Source: Candidatus Uhrbacteria bacterium (GTDB lineage Bacteria > Patescibacteriota > Patescibacteriia > JACQRZ01). From it: a stretch of DNA of 36,110 nt. Below the pieces are notes generated by a model, which was given only the letters and a program-made list of their open reading frames with translations, did no database searches and was not told the DNA's origin. The DNA lies in the NCBI GenBank assembly GCA_016209345.1, contig JACQWH010000011.1, positions 1 to 36,110 on the forward strand, in the 5' to 3' direction. Shown here piece after piece: positions 26,772-36,108 of this stretch (position 1 is the stretch's first letter; every line of letters begins with the position of its first letter). The translations under genes were made by a program, and so were the position numbers.

Positions 26772-27881
26772 TTAAAGTTTAATTCGTATGTCGCGGCTCC
26801 GGTCTCCTGATTTAATTTTCAAACCAACGCTATCCCCTTTTTGATAGCGCGAAAGGAGCTGGGTAAGATTCGTAAGGTCGTCGAGCGCCTCGTCATTGAC
26901 ATGAGTGATAATATCACCGGACGAAAGACGTTCCGCCAAGCCATCCTCTGTCGGAAGGGACTGCGATGAGGAGTCAAGCTGCACAAGAGCTCCGAACTGC
27001 GGCTTATCCGCAGGGCCGAGCAGCACGGGTGCCTGGGAAAGATCAATATAGCGCAGGGTGACTGTTGAGCGGTTTACCGATCCGCTCTGGAGAATGCTTC
27101 CCAGCGCCGTCTGCAGATAGGCAAACGATACGGCACCCCGTGATGCCGTGCAGCCAACAACATCCAGCGTATCGGAAATAATCGGCATACACAATACGGC
27201 AAAAGTGCGATCGGGCATCATGCGTTTATCCAAGATCCGCGTAGAATGAATATAATCAGCCGAAGCGAGGGGTGCCGAATAGAGGGCTGGGCCAAGAACC
27301 ACCTGTTCGGCAGTATTCCATCCGGTAAGCAACGCTCCGCTGCGGACATCTGTTGCATCATCTTCAAATTTTGAAAACTGGATCGGGTCTAAATTTTTTG
27401 CGGCAATCTTTATAAATGTGATGCCGAGAAACGGATCTGCGATTGCCTTGTCGACCGAATAGGCATCCCCCTCCTGCGTGATAAGGCGGTAGGATACCGG
27501 CGACACGCTCATAGCAATGGTCGTGACGAGCCAGCCGTCCGTTGTCAATGCCAATGCATATCCGCGCAGCGATTCTTGAACGGGAAGCGCAGCAATGGCG
27601 TCGGATGAGCGAACAGACCGAGCGTCGTCGTATACCGCAAGCATGCTTGCCCGTGTCCGCACCAGTCCGTTATTGATAAACGCGCCACCGGCATCACCCC
27701 GTGTCCTATCCTTAAAAATTACCGGCCGCGCGATGTTCTCGCCGCCACTATCAAGTGACGAACGCTCGACAAGTACACCACCGAGAAACCCGCTTACACC
27801 CGATATGCCGATAATGACGAGCCAGAAAAAAAACGGTCCGGAAACAACACTTCCCAATTGTGAATAACGCGTACCAGCCAT
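26772..27881 (-). CDS. membrane-anchored HtrA/DegP-like protein with a C-terminal PDZ domain; catalytic His and Ser apparently absent
   Basis: N-terminal TM helix, then a trypsin-fold-like core colinear with HtrA. The positions expected for TNxHV and GNSGGP read TTIAM and AVLCMPI. The C-terminal PDZ-like segment is GDIITHVNDEALDDLTNLTQLL..GDSVGLKI. Confidence 0.5.
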   Translation of the reverse strand: MAGTRYSQLGSVVSGPFFFWLVIIGISGVSGFLGGVLVERSSLDSGGENIARPVIFKDRTRGDAGGAFINNGLVRTRASMLAVYDDARSVRSSDAIAALPVQESLRGYALALTTDGWLVTTIAMSVSPVSYRLITQEGDAYSVDKAIADPFLGITFIKIAAKNLDPIQFSKFEDDATDVRSGALLTGWNTAEQVVLGPALYSAPLASADYIHSTRILDKRMMPDRTFAVLCMPIISDTLDVVGCTASRGAVSFAYLQTALGSILQSGSVNRSTVTLRYIDLSQAPVLLGPADKPQFGALVQLDSSSQSLPTEDGLAERLSSGDIITHVNDEALDDLTNLTQLLSRYQKGDSVGLKIKSGDRSRDIRIKL

Positions 27882-27933
27882 AGAATGATAGGAATAAAAT
27901 TGACCTAATTAACCTAAGTACTCTAATCAAATA

Positions 27934-27957
27934 CCAATGTCCCAATGTCCCAATGTC
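27934..27957. repeat. 3 x perfect tandem octamer CCAATGTC
   Basis: Direct reading of 27934-27957. It lies inside a 200-nt intergenic spacer that also contains an 11-bp inverted repeat (27898-27908 / 28013-28023). Confidence 0.9.
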
Positions 27958-28082
27958 TAATCATCTTACTGACGTGTATCTCTCCCTTTGGGATTTGGTG
28001 TTTGGGTATTGTTTAGGTCAATTAGAAATTAGGTGAATTACCCAAGTACTTTCTCCGCCCATGGAGAATCTGAAAGAATCTA

Positions 28083-28868
28083 TTAGCGCCATTGCGCAAG
28101 CGCCACTATCCATACTATCATAAGAATACAGATAAGAAAAGAAATGGCGCGTTCTTTCACGCTGCGCGGTGCGGCATCCTTCATAAAAATAATCGAATCA
28201 GTGAAAAGAAAAAATGCTATCACGCTGACGAGGGCCTGCACCGCATAGGAGCTCGGCAGCCACAGCTGCGCCAGTGTCACTTCGAGAAGGACGCACAAGA
28301 AAACGGCTGTATACAGCATGGCGCGGGGCAGTGGAATTTTTTCTGCCCACGCACAGCTCGAAAAAATCGCGGCGGCAAGGAACACGTATGGAAACACGTA
28401 GAAAAGCGCGTAGCGAATATTGTAATAAAAAAGCGGCGCGAAAAAAATAAGAGCAAGGAGAAACATATTTACCTGAGAAAAAATTCTCATGGTATCGCTC
28501 ATCGTGTCGCGCATATCAACCGCGTGTTTGCCGAAGGAATACCGCAGATGGAATAGAAATAACGCATGGAGGCCCACCAACGCAAAGAGGAGCAGCGCTT
28601 TAAATGCCGGCTCTTCGAGAAACAACAAAAGAATACTGCTCGAAGCGGTTGCGAGCACGGGCTGAAATGAAAACGCGCCGCACGTTCTCCATCCGCCCGA
28701 GCTCGTCACGACTCCATAATATGCCGCGGCGACAAGGATTCCGACGCCTCCAATGGGTATCAGAAGCTCGTCCTTAATAATTCCAATACCAAGGAGAAGA
28801 AAAACAGACCCGATAAAAAGGGGCCAGTGCCCAAGCATCCATTGTCTGATATCAGATGTGCAAATCAT
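28083..28868 (-). CDS. hypothetical polytopic membrane protein
   Basis: 261-aa ORF that is almost entirely hydrophobic helices. Its start overlaps the stop of the upstream glycosyltransferase gene (ATGA). Confidence 0.5.
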   Translation of the reverse strand: MICTSDIRQWMLGHWPLFIGSVFLLLGIGIIKDELLIPIGGVGILVAAAYYGVVTSSGGWRTCGAFSFQPVLATASSSILLLFLEEPAFKALLLFALVGLHALFLFHLRYSFGKHAVDMRDTMSDTMRIFSQVNMFLLALIFFAPLFYYNIRYALFYVFPYVFLAAAIFSSCAWAEKIPLPRAMLYTAVFLCVLLEVTLAQLWLPSSYAVQALVSVIAFFLFTDSIIFMKDAAPRSVKERAISFLICILMIVWIVALAQWR

Positions 28869-29992
28869 AACGGTGCGGTATATCGAGCATACACGCCTGC
28901 CGTCTCGCGTGCAAGCCGTTCCCAGGAAAAGCTCTGCGCGCGGCGGGAACCACGGGCGATTAATTGGTGGCGCGTGCTCGGTTTGTTAAGAAGGGACTCC
29001 ATTGCCTTTGCGATGTCATCGCTATCGTATGGATTGAAATAGAGCGCTGCGTCGCCGCACACCTCCCGAAGCGACGGAATATCAGAGGCAAGCACAGGGC
29101 ATCCGTGAAGAAACGCTTCGACGGCAGGCAGCCCAAACCCCTCCTCGAATGATGGGAATACATACGCAATGGCATGCGCATAGAGCCATGCCAGACATGC
29201 GTCCGATACGGAGCCGAGGTGGACGACCGCGTCGGAGAGCCCAAGTTTATTAATGCGCGAAAGGACCTTTTTTTGAAAATAATCTTCCTGTCCGCAAAGA
29301 AGCAGAACACCATGCGGAGCTGTTCTCCGGACGCGTTGGAACGCACGTAAGAGCCCCTCAAGATTCTTGTGAGGATACGCATTCCCGGCTCGAAAAAAAA
29401 ATTGTGTATTTGAAAAGCGGCTCAAGCGCGCGCACGACTCCTGCGCCGGAAGAGGATCGGCTGCCTCATAGATTACCGAAATGCGCTCAGAAGCCACTGA
29501 ACACAATCCCACCAAATCATTTTTAACTGATTGCGAAATGGTAATGATGTGCCGAGCGCGTCTCAATGCAATCCGCAGGATTATACGATAACACCAATGT
29601 TTGATCGTATGGATAAGCGGGTGGCGCGTTGATGAGGCGGATGTTGCGGAAAGCGGGTGCTTGAGCAGAATAAGATCGTGAATCGTCATGACAAAAGCGC
29701 CCGGGTATGCAATCGGAACATTCATGTGGGGGAAATGCATGCAATCAAGGCGGTGCCAAAGTAGAATCAACGGCAACAAAAACTGCTCAGATGGTGAATA
29801 CCATCGTATGTTGACGCATTTCTTTACAAACCTTTCGTGGCCGGGATGATATGAGTCCCAATTTTTTCGTGTTAAAAAAATAATATATGTATCAGCGCTG
29901 TCCATGCGCTCAAGGTGCGCAATAAGCTTTGCTATATACCTGCCAATCCCCAAGCCCTCATCATACATGCGCGCGTCAATTCCTATTCTCAT
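28865..29992 (-). CDS. glycosyltransferase family 4 (GT-B, Glycos_transf_1)
   Basis: 375 aa. N-terminal MRIGIDAR...GIGRY and the C-terminal EEGFGLPAVEA motif (E-x7-E) are typical of GT4. Confidence 0.8.
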   Translation of the reverse strand: MRIGIDARMYDEGLGIGRYIAKLIAHLERMDSADTYIIFLTRKNWDSYHPGHERFVKKCVNIRWYSPSEQFLLPLILLWHRLDCMHFPHMNVPIAYPGAFVMTIHDLILLKHPLSATSASSTRHPLIHTIKHWCYRIILRIALRRARHIITISQSVKNDLVGLCSVASERISVIYEAADPLPAQESCARLSRFSNTQFFFRAGNAYPHKNLEGLLRAFQRVRRTAPHGVLLLCGQEDYFQKKVLSRINKLGLSDAVVHLGSVSDACLAWLYAHAIAYVFPSFEEGFGLPAVEAFLHGCPVLASDIPSLREVCGDAALYFNPYDSDDIAKAMESLLNKPSTRHQLIARGSRRAQSFSWERLARETAGVYARYTAPL

Positions 29993-31143
29993 AGCCGTGC
30001 CTCCTTTACTACGGTTTCAAATACCGATCGTGTTGCCGCAGCGGTCGTTTCCCACGAATACTGTTTTGCCGCTTGAAACGCGGATGTCCGTATGCTCTGT
30101 GATCCCCCTCCTTCATCGCACAGCGCGTACTCAAGCGCGTATTCCATATCATGCACATTGCACGGATCGACAAGCAGCGCGCCGTTGCCTATCACCTCTC
30201 CGATGCCACCGCGGCCCGATGAAACGATGCGAACGCCTGCCCGCGCCGCCTCAACCAGAGGTAATCCGAATCCTTCATAGATGCTCGGATACAAGAGCAC
30301 GCGCGCACGGGCAAAAAGCTCGCGCTTTTCTTTTTCGGACTGAGTGCTGAAAAGCAGCACGGCGCCTTCCATTTCGTACTGTTGTATGCGGCGGGCAATC
30401 CTACGAAATAGTGATCCCTCTTTTGCGATCAGTACAAGCGTATATATGCGGACAGCGGGATTTCGCCGCCAAAGCAGCGCAAATGCTTCAAGCGCGCCAA
30501 ATGCGTTTTTCCTCTGCTCATGCGCGCCCAAAAGTATAATATACGTACGAGGGTGGCTGCTCTGCGCGTCAGCCGGTTGCGTTTGAGACGATTGATCGCA
30601 ATCATGGTGCACAACGGTAATATCCTGCGGTGATTTTTTGCACAGCGCGATGCAATCGCGTTTGGTGGAATCGGATACCGCGATAATATGATTCATGCGC
30701 GCTATAAGCGCGGACGGCCGAGTGCACCGATGCCACCAATACGACTTTGCCGACAGTAACTGAGGATGCACCATAAACGAAAAATCATGTACCGTAAGAA
30801 CGGCTGGCGTGGCACCCGAGAGCGCCGCAAAATGAACATTGGGGAAAAAAAACAGATCGGGTTTCCTGCCACTCATGCGTTGCACGAGAGTATCAAGGCA
30901 GGGGCGCCGCACCGTCATCTGCGCAAGATGAAAAAATTTGTTCGGATATCGGCACTGCACGATTGTATGGCGAGGCCCGCTCGGCGCTATCCAGTCGGTG
31001 CAATAGTTCTTCCATGAATTGGCAAACAGAATATAGGTATGCGTCTTTTCAGTCGCGATAAGCGTACGCACGATATTTCGCGTATACTCGGCAACGCCTC
31101 CAACTCCCTGGCTTAACGCGCGAATATCAATGGCAATCGTCAT
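29989..31143 (-). CDS. glycosyltransferase family 4 (GT-B, Glycos_transf_1)
   Basis: MTIAIDIRAL..GVGGVAEYTRN at the N-terminus and YEGFGLPLVEA near the C-terminus. Start set at ATG 31143, 4 nt after the stop of the upstream gene. The longer ORF from 31260 would overlap that gene. Confidence 0.8.
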   Translation of the reverse strand: MTIAIDIRALSQGVGGVAEYTRNIVRTLIATEKTHTYILFANSWKNYCTDWIAPSGPRHTIVQCRYPNKFFHLAQMTVRRPCLDTLVQRMSGRKPDLFFFPNVHFAALSGATPAVLTVHDFSFMVHPQLLSAKSYWWHRCTRPSALIARMNHIIAVSDSTKRDCIALCKKSPQDITVVHHDCDQSSQTQPADAQSSHPRTYIILLGAHEQRKNAFGALEAFALLWRRNPAVRIYTLVLIAKEGSLFRRIARRIQQYEMEGAVLLFSTQSEKEKRELFARARVLLYPSIYEGFGLPLVEAARAGVRIVSSGRGGIGEVIGNGALLVDPCNVHDMEYALEYALCDEGGGSQSIRTSAFQAAKQYSWETTAAATRSVFETVVKEARL

Positions 31144-31147
31144 AGAA

Positions 31148-32005
31148 CTATTTGACATACACTCTATTATCAAAACGAGCGTCAATATACTGAATGGTTG
31201 AACGTTTTTTTTCCGAATATCGATCACGTACTTGGCGAACATGTTCAAACTGTTCGCCAATATCTCCTAGAGAGCTGACAAGCGCCCTCCATCCTTCCGT
31301 CGTCACGAACGTGATAGTCGGATTGTTATCCGTAAGAAGCGCGTAGGAGGGGTCTATACCGCCCTGGTCGAATACGCGCCAGGCATCGACGACGAACAGA
31401 AGCGATTCGGATGATATCACGCTGTCGCCGACAACCGGGGGCTGGCCGCCCTCATCAACAATGACAGGGATGTCGGTTCGTCTGCCGCTCTCATCCTTCA
31501 TTCCCGCCACGCTCTGTACAAGCGCGCTTGCGGCAATTGGTGAGGACGGGTCTATCGCTCGAAACACCGTCCCGTCGGACGCAATGTCGTGTACCGACCT
31601 ACCGGCCACCCAAAGCAACCGAAAGGGCTTGCCGGACAACGTAAGCGACAACGTGTGCGGCGGCTTGCGCATCAATAAAAAAGAATCAATAACAAATTGC
31701 TTTTTAAGATTGGCTTCAAGCTCTTTTTTTGAAATCATGAATACATTCCTTTGTGAAAAAATACCAAAACGGTTTCTGTTCATCTGTTCAAATACGACTG
31801 AGCGTACCGCGGTCTGGTCGATGCCATCGGGCGCAGCAACATCGATGAATTGTATGGATACCAACGGTGAAAAAAAGAGCGCGTATGTCGCGAAACCAAG
31901 CAAGCCGAGACCGGCAACGCCGGAAGCAATGAAAAAAGAGCGGGATATTTTTTTACGCCCCGTGCGAATGTCAGAAAGACGGGCTGAACGAGATACGAGG
32001 TGCAT
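31148..32005 (-). CDS. cell division protein FtsQ/DivIB-like (TM + POTRA)
   Basis: The N-terminal basic segment and TM helix are followed by a POTRA-like pattern (IQFIDVAAPDGIDQTAV...NVFMISKKELEANLKKQFVIDSFLLMRKPPHTLSLTL). This is a pattern match by eye only. Confidence 0.55.
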   Translation of the reverse strand: MHLVSRSARLSDIRTGRKKISRSFFIASGVAGLGLLGFATYALFFSPLVSIQFIDVAAPDGIDQTAVRSVVFEQMNRNRFGIFSQRNVFMISKKELEANLKKQFVIDSFLLMRKPPHTLSLTLSGKPFRLLWVAGRSVHDIASDGTVFRAIDPSSPIAASALVQSVAGMKDESGRRTDIPVIVDEGGQPPVVGDSVISSESLLFVVDAWRVFDQGGIDPSYALLTDNNPTITFVTTEGWRALVSSLGDIGEQFEHVRQVRDRYSEKKRSTIQYIDARFDNRVYVK

Positions 32006-33270
32006 TATCGTGTAATCGCCGAAAAACCGCAGTAGGGAACAAGTACGGACGGTATACTCACACTGCCATCTTCCTGCTGGTAATTCTCAATAAGAGCAAT
32101 AAGTGTTCGCAGATCCGCGCATCCGGTATTATTCAGCGTGTGGACAAACCTTTTTTTCCCGCTTGCATCCCTAAATTTGCAGTTCAGGCGGCGCGCCTGA
32201 AAGTCGGTGTCATTACTGCATGAGTTCGTTTCGCGATATGCCTGTTGCCCGGGCATCCATGTTTCAATATCATATTTCTTTGCATTTGGCGCACCGATAT
32301 CGCCGGTACACATATTGACAACCTGATAATGGAGCCCAAGCGACTGGAGAAACTCTTCAGAACATGCAAGCAGGAACTCATGCTGCGCCCAGGACACATC
32401 CGGATTGCAGAAAATAAACATTTCAATCTTATTAAATTGGTGGCCGCGCATAATACCTTGGAGATCTCTGCCGTAGGTTCCCGCTTCACGGCGGAAACAA
32501 CCGGAATATCCCACGTACCGCAGAGGTTTGCCGGCAACGTCTATGGTTTCATCCATGTGGTAGCCCGCCAATGGCACTTCCGCGGTACCCACGAGATAGA
32601 GACGATCATCTGATTCATTGACCGCGTAAATTTCATTCTCGTCCGCGGGGAAAAATCCAGTTCCTTTCATTGCCTGAGAGCGGACAATCATGGGTGGAAT
32701 CATCGGATAAAACCCCTTCTGCGTGTAAAAGTCAAACGCGTAATGCATCAGAGCAAATTCCAATCGCGCAAGATGCCCGGTAAGATACCAAAAACGGCTT
32801 CCCGATACCTTTGCGGCGCGAACGCTGTCAATGAGCGGCTCTATGGCAGGCACGGCATGGTGCGGCAGGGGTGTAAACGAAAAGATCGGTTTTTCGCCCA
32901 CGGTTTTTATCACCACATTGCCTTTCTCGTTCGGGCCAATGGGTACGGATTCGTGGGTGATATTCGGCAAGCGAAGGACGGCATCATTCCACGTATCAAT
33001 CACGGCATTTGCTTTCGCTTCCAACTGTGCAATGGATGCCTTTGCGTCGCGCAGCGCCGCCTTTTGTTTCACTTTCTCTTCATCACCGAGCGCAACAAAC
33101 GCATCCGCGGCCGCATTGTGAGCCGCTCGCATCTCATCGAGACGCGCAATGTACTCACGCCGATCCTCATCAAGATGAAGAAAAGCATTCAAATCAAATG
33201 TCATTCCCCTTCGCTCTATCTCTTGTCGGACTCGCTCGGGATGTTCTCTGACAAATGTTATATCAAGCAT
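32005..33270 (-). CDS. serS: serine--tRNA ligase
   Basis: MLDITFVREHPERV..., an N-terminal coiled coil, and class II motifs (FRREAGTYGRD..G..R.HQF.K.E, GD.G....KYD.E.W.P, NNTGCA.LRTL.ALIENYQ). Confidence 0.95.
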   Translation of the reverse strand: MLDITFVREHPERVRQEIERRGMTFDLNAFLHLDEDRREYIARLDEMRAAHNAAADAFVALGDEEKVKQKAALRDAKASIAQLEAKANAVIDTWNDAVLRLPNITHESVPIGPNEKGNVVIKTVGEKPIFSFTPLPHHAVPAIEPLIDSVRAAKVSGSRFWYLTGHLARLEFALMHYAFDFYTQKGFYPMIPPMIVRSQAMKGTGFFPADENEIYAVNESDDRLYLVGTAEVPLAGYHMDETIDVAGKPLRYVGYSGCFRREAGTYGRDLQGIMRGHQFNKIEMFIFCNPDVSWAQHEFLLACSEEFLQSLGLHYQVVNMCTGDIGAPNAKKYDIETWMPGQQAYRETNSCSNDTDFQARRLNCKFRDASGKKRFVHTLNNTGCADLRTLIALIENYQQEDGSVSIPSVLVPYCGFSAITR

Positions 33271-33679
33271 GGCGGTTTTTTATGAGATAAGCTGAGTGAT
33301 ACCGTCGGGCGCGATATGAACGCGCCATAACGATGCGAACCGGCTTTTTGGACCCCTTTTGCATGCGGCATGCCAAAGCGCGCGCCGCCTGCTTTTGGTC
33401 ATACCCGAAACAGATAATATCCGGCCTGCATGCGAGAACGTTGCGCCATGAATCATCCTGGTCTCCAAGCACCACCCTGTCAACGCTCCGCACGGCAGCA
33501 ACAATCTTCATCCGCTCACCTTGTGTAAAAAGCGCGCGCCGCCCCTTACGGCGGAGTACCGCCGCATCGGGAGTGACGACCGCGATAAGCACATCTCCAT
33601 GCCGCTTTGCTTGTTCAAGATAAGAAAGGTGTCCCGGATGAATAATATCAAATGTGCCGAATGCGACAACTGTTTTCAT
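33263..33679 (-). CDS. cytidylyltransferase-fold nucleotidyltransferase, resembling the archaeal-type FMN adenylyltransferase RibL
   Basis: 138 aa. GTFDIIHPGHLSYLEQAK..GD.LIAVV and the overall layout match the (T/H)xGH nucleotidyltransferase family. The substrate call is tentative. Confidence 0.55.
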   Translation of the reverse strand: MKTVVAFGTFDIIHPGHLSYLEQAKRHGDVLIAVVTPDAAVLRRKGRRALFTQGERMKIVAAVRSVDRVVLGDQDDSWRNVLACRPDIICFGYDQKQAARALACRMQKGSKKPVRIVMARSYRARRYHSAYLIKNRHA

Positions 33680-35166
33680 ATCTCCTCTTCCTCCTTGCGC
33701 TGCCGGAGTGTTGGAAAAAGGATGACTTCCTTGACGTGCGATTGGCCGGTGCAGAGCGCAACAAGCCGATCAATGCCGAGCCCCATTCCGCTGGTTGGCG
33801 GCAAGGCATGCTCAAGAGCGAAAAGAAACTCCTCATCGAGGAACTGCGCATCAGCGCTCCCGCGCGATCTCAGTGCCTCTTGCTCCAAAAATCTATCACG
33901 CTGGTCAACGGGATCATTGAGCTCATGATAGTAAGCGTTGATGACTTCTGATCCGCCCACGAGAAGCTGAACCGATGCGCTTTTACTGGGATCATCCGGC
34001 GATGCTTTTGCAAGCGGTTTGAGCTCAAGCGGATAGTCGAAAACCCATGTTGGCTGATCCAACGATGCGCGAGCCGTTTTTTTATACAGCTGATCGTACT
34101 GCTCGCCGAGGCCGACGCAGCCGTCAAACGATATATCAAGTCCTCTTTTTTTCACTTCAGCAAGCAATGAGTCCTCGGTACGGTGCAGGTCAATATCAAT
34201 AGCGGCATGTTCCATAATCGCCTCGCGAAAGGTCAAGCGGCGCCATGGTTTGGAAAAATCATAGTCGCCATTGCTCTTTTTCAGCGTACCAGTGCCAAGC
34301 GCGTACTGCAGAGCCGAGCGAACCATATTCTCAAGAAAACCGACAAAAACCTCTTTGTTCGGCGCATACGCCCAATACAGTTCAATGGATGTAAATTCCG
34401 GATTATGCGCGTGGTCAATGCCCTCGTTTCTGAAAAGCCGCCCTATTTCATAGATTTTTTCAAAACCGCCGATGATAAGCCGCTTCAAGTATAATTCCGG
34501 CGCAATGCGGAGATAGAAATCCGCATCAAGGGCATTATGATGGGTGACAAACGGCCGAGCATTCGCTCCGCCGGGTATGGACTGCAATATCGGCGTCTCC
34601 ACTTCCATAAATCCGCTTTCATCCAAAAAACGGCGCAGTCCCGAAACAATACGGGATCGGATAATGAAGCGCTCTTTCACTTCCTCATTTGCCAACAGAT
34701 CGAGTTCTCTGTGCCGATACCGCTGCTCGATATCTGAAAGACCATGCCATTGTTCGGGAAGCGGGCGCAATGCCTTGGCGAGCATGCGCACCGCATCAAC
34801 AATAAGAGTTTTCTCGCCTGTTTTTGTACGCATCAGCGTCCCGGTCGCCTCCAAAATATCCCCCATGTCCAGATAGTCGGACACCAACACATAGTCCCCA
34901 CCCAATGCGTCGCGCTTGCAAAAAATCTGCAATGGCCCGGTATCATCCTGAATACTGATAAAGCAAGACCCTCCATGCCTGCGAATACTGCGTACTCTGC
35001 CCACAATCGTCAGCGCGGCCTTTGTCTGCTCAAGCGAATCAAAATTTTCCTGAGCATCACGGCATGTGTGGGAACGAAAAACATCCCCCGGATAGGGTTG
35101 GATGCCCAGCGAGAACAGATCTTCCCGCTTTTTGCCACGAACGGAATATTCGTCGCTTTGCTGCAT
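33676..35166 (-). CDS. lysS: lysine--tRNA ligase, class II
   Basis: 496 aa. N-terminal OB anticodon-binding domain (GRVRSIRRHGGSCFISIQDDTG.LQ), motif 2 (FRNEGIDHAHNPEFTSIELY) and motif 3 (PPTSGMGLGIDRLV). Confidence 0.95.
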   Translation of the reverse strand: MQQSDEYSVRGKKREDLFSLGIQPYPGDVFRSHTCRDAQENFDSLEQTKAALTIVGRVRSIRRHGGSCFISIQDDTGPLQIFCKRDALGGDYVLVSDYLDMGDILEATGTLMRTKTGEKTLIVDAVRMLAKALRPLPEQWHGLSDIEQRYRHRELDLLANEEVKERFIIRSRIVSGLRRFLDESGFMEVETPILQSIPGGANARPFVTHHNALDADFYLRIAPELYLKRLIIGGFEKIYEIGRLFRNEGIDHAHNPEFTSIELYWAYAPNKEVFVGFLENMVRSALQYALGTGTLKKSNGDYDFSKPWRRLTFREAIMEHAAIDIDLHRTEDSLLAEVKKRGLDISFDGCVGLGEQYDQLYKKTARASLDQPTWVFDYPLELKPLAKASPDDPSKSASVQLLVGGSEVINAYYHELNDPVDQRDRFLEQEALRSRGSADAQFLDEEFLFALEHALPPTSGMGLGIDRLVALCTGQSHVKEVILFPTLRQRKEEEEI

Positions 35167-35190
35167 ACGGTGTCATCATGAATATCTTGT

Positions 35191-35219
35191 AGAATACCCG
35201 AAAAAACGAATACCGTCAA
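35191..35219 (-). promoter_or_regulatory. candidate sigma70-type promoter for the lysS operon
   Basis: The minus strand reads TTGACG (35219-35214), 17-nt spacer, TATTCT (35196-35191), about 25 nt upstream of the lysS ATG. Confidence 0.4.
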
Positions 35220-35264
35220 CGCTAAAGTGAATAAAAGGGGTTGATGACAACAGCCCAAAACTCC

Positions 35265-35822
35265 TTATTTAAGTTTTGCTTCTAGCATTTTAAATATATC
35301 CTTAATGGTACTAATATTTTCTTCTAGTTGTTTTCGTGTAGTTGAAATCTCATGATCTCCATGTACTATAGAATCCCTTGTTGATGAAATTCCATCCAAT
35401 AATTTTAACGCTGTATTTTCGTGGATTATAAAAAATATACCAAGGGAATTAAAATGATTTTTAATAGAAAATGATTTATTTCTAGCCTTCTTATTCCTAG
35501 TAAAATTAGAATAATCTATTCCTGATTTATCTTTTTCGTAAACACCCAGGATCTCTCCTATTGTAAATTTCTCTTTGTCAGGATTGCTTCCATAGAAATT
35601 TTGCAATAAAAAACATATATGCATATCTTTTACCGCTTTGTTCCTTTTTGTCAGATCAATATATTCTTCGACTTTATCTTTTACGGCACCCTCAAATTCA
35701 GCACACAGCATGACCCACATTGAATTTAACAAATACTTTTCTAATTCATTAGCCGGTTCCCCGTCTGTTCCAGTAAAAGATTCTAATACTTGTTGAATAT
35801 TTTCTATTCTGCTAATCGACAT
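35265..35822 (-). CDS. HEPN-like protein (Rx4H motif; Abi/MAE_28990-like architecture)
   Basis: 185-aa, all-helical-looking ORF in a strongly AT-rich segment. It has a C-terminal STRDSIVHGD (R at 35376-35378, H at 35361-35363) and an N-terminal acidic helix (LCAEFEGAVKDKVEEYI), as in HEPN families. This is a pattern call from memory. Confidence 0.55.
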   Translation of the reverse strand: MSISRIENIQQVLESFTGTDGEPANELEKYLLNSMWVMLCAEFEGAVKDKVEEYIDLTKRNKAVKDMHICFLLQNFYGSNPDKEKFTIGEILGVYEKDKSGIDYSNFTRNKKARNKSFSIKNHFNSLGIFFIIHENTALKLLDGISSTRDSIVHGDHEISTTRKQLEENISTIKDIFKMLEAKLK

Positions 35823-35823
35823 T

Positions 35824-36108
35824 CTATTTATTGATCAGAAGACCTTTAATGCTATTTACGCGTGTCGATATTTGTTCACTTCCAGCCTCTTTTTTCAATG
35901 ATTTTTTAAATTTATCATCGTCCATTAGTTTCTTTAATTTTTTGATAAAATTATTTTTACTAACTACAATTGTATCCTCCTGAATTAGTGAGAACGCAAG
36001 CATTTCAGCATCATAAAGCGCTCTGTTTGAGGTTGGATACCAACTGTTTGTATTTTTTATATAAATAGAGAAAGATTTCTTGTCTAAATATTTATCAACT
36101 TTCTTAAG
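35824..36108 (-). CDS. 3' part of an unknown gene, truncated by the window edge, co-oriented with the HEPN-like gene
   Basis: My manual translation of the minus strand gives an open frame of 94 codons (...SWYPTSNRALYDAEMLAFSLIQEDTIVVSKNNF...STRVNSIKGLLINK). It ends at TAG 35826-35824, 1 nt before the HEPN-like ATG. It is not in the supplied ORF track because it has no start in the window. Confidence 0.4.
   Translation of the reverse strand, partial: LKKVDKYLDKKSFSIYIKNTNSWYPTSNRALYDAEMLAFSLIQEDTIVVSKNNFIKKLKKLMDDDKFKKSLKKEAGSEQISTRVNSIKGLLINK

Noticed and set aside
27934-27957. Tandem octamers and the 45-nt-period duplication at 17444-17518, considered as CRISPR-like arrays.
   Set aside because: The units are far too short or too few (3 x 8 nt; 2 x 30 nt), there are no unique spacers of CRISPR size, and no cas genes are present.
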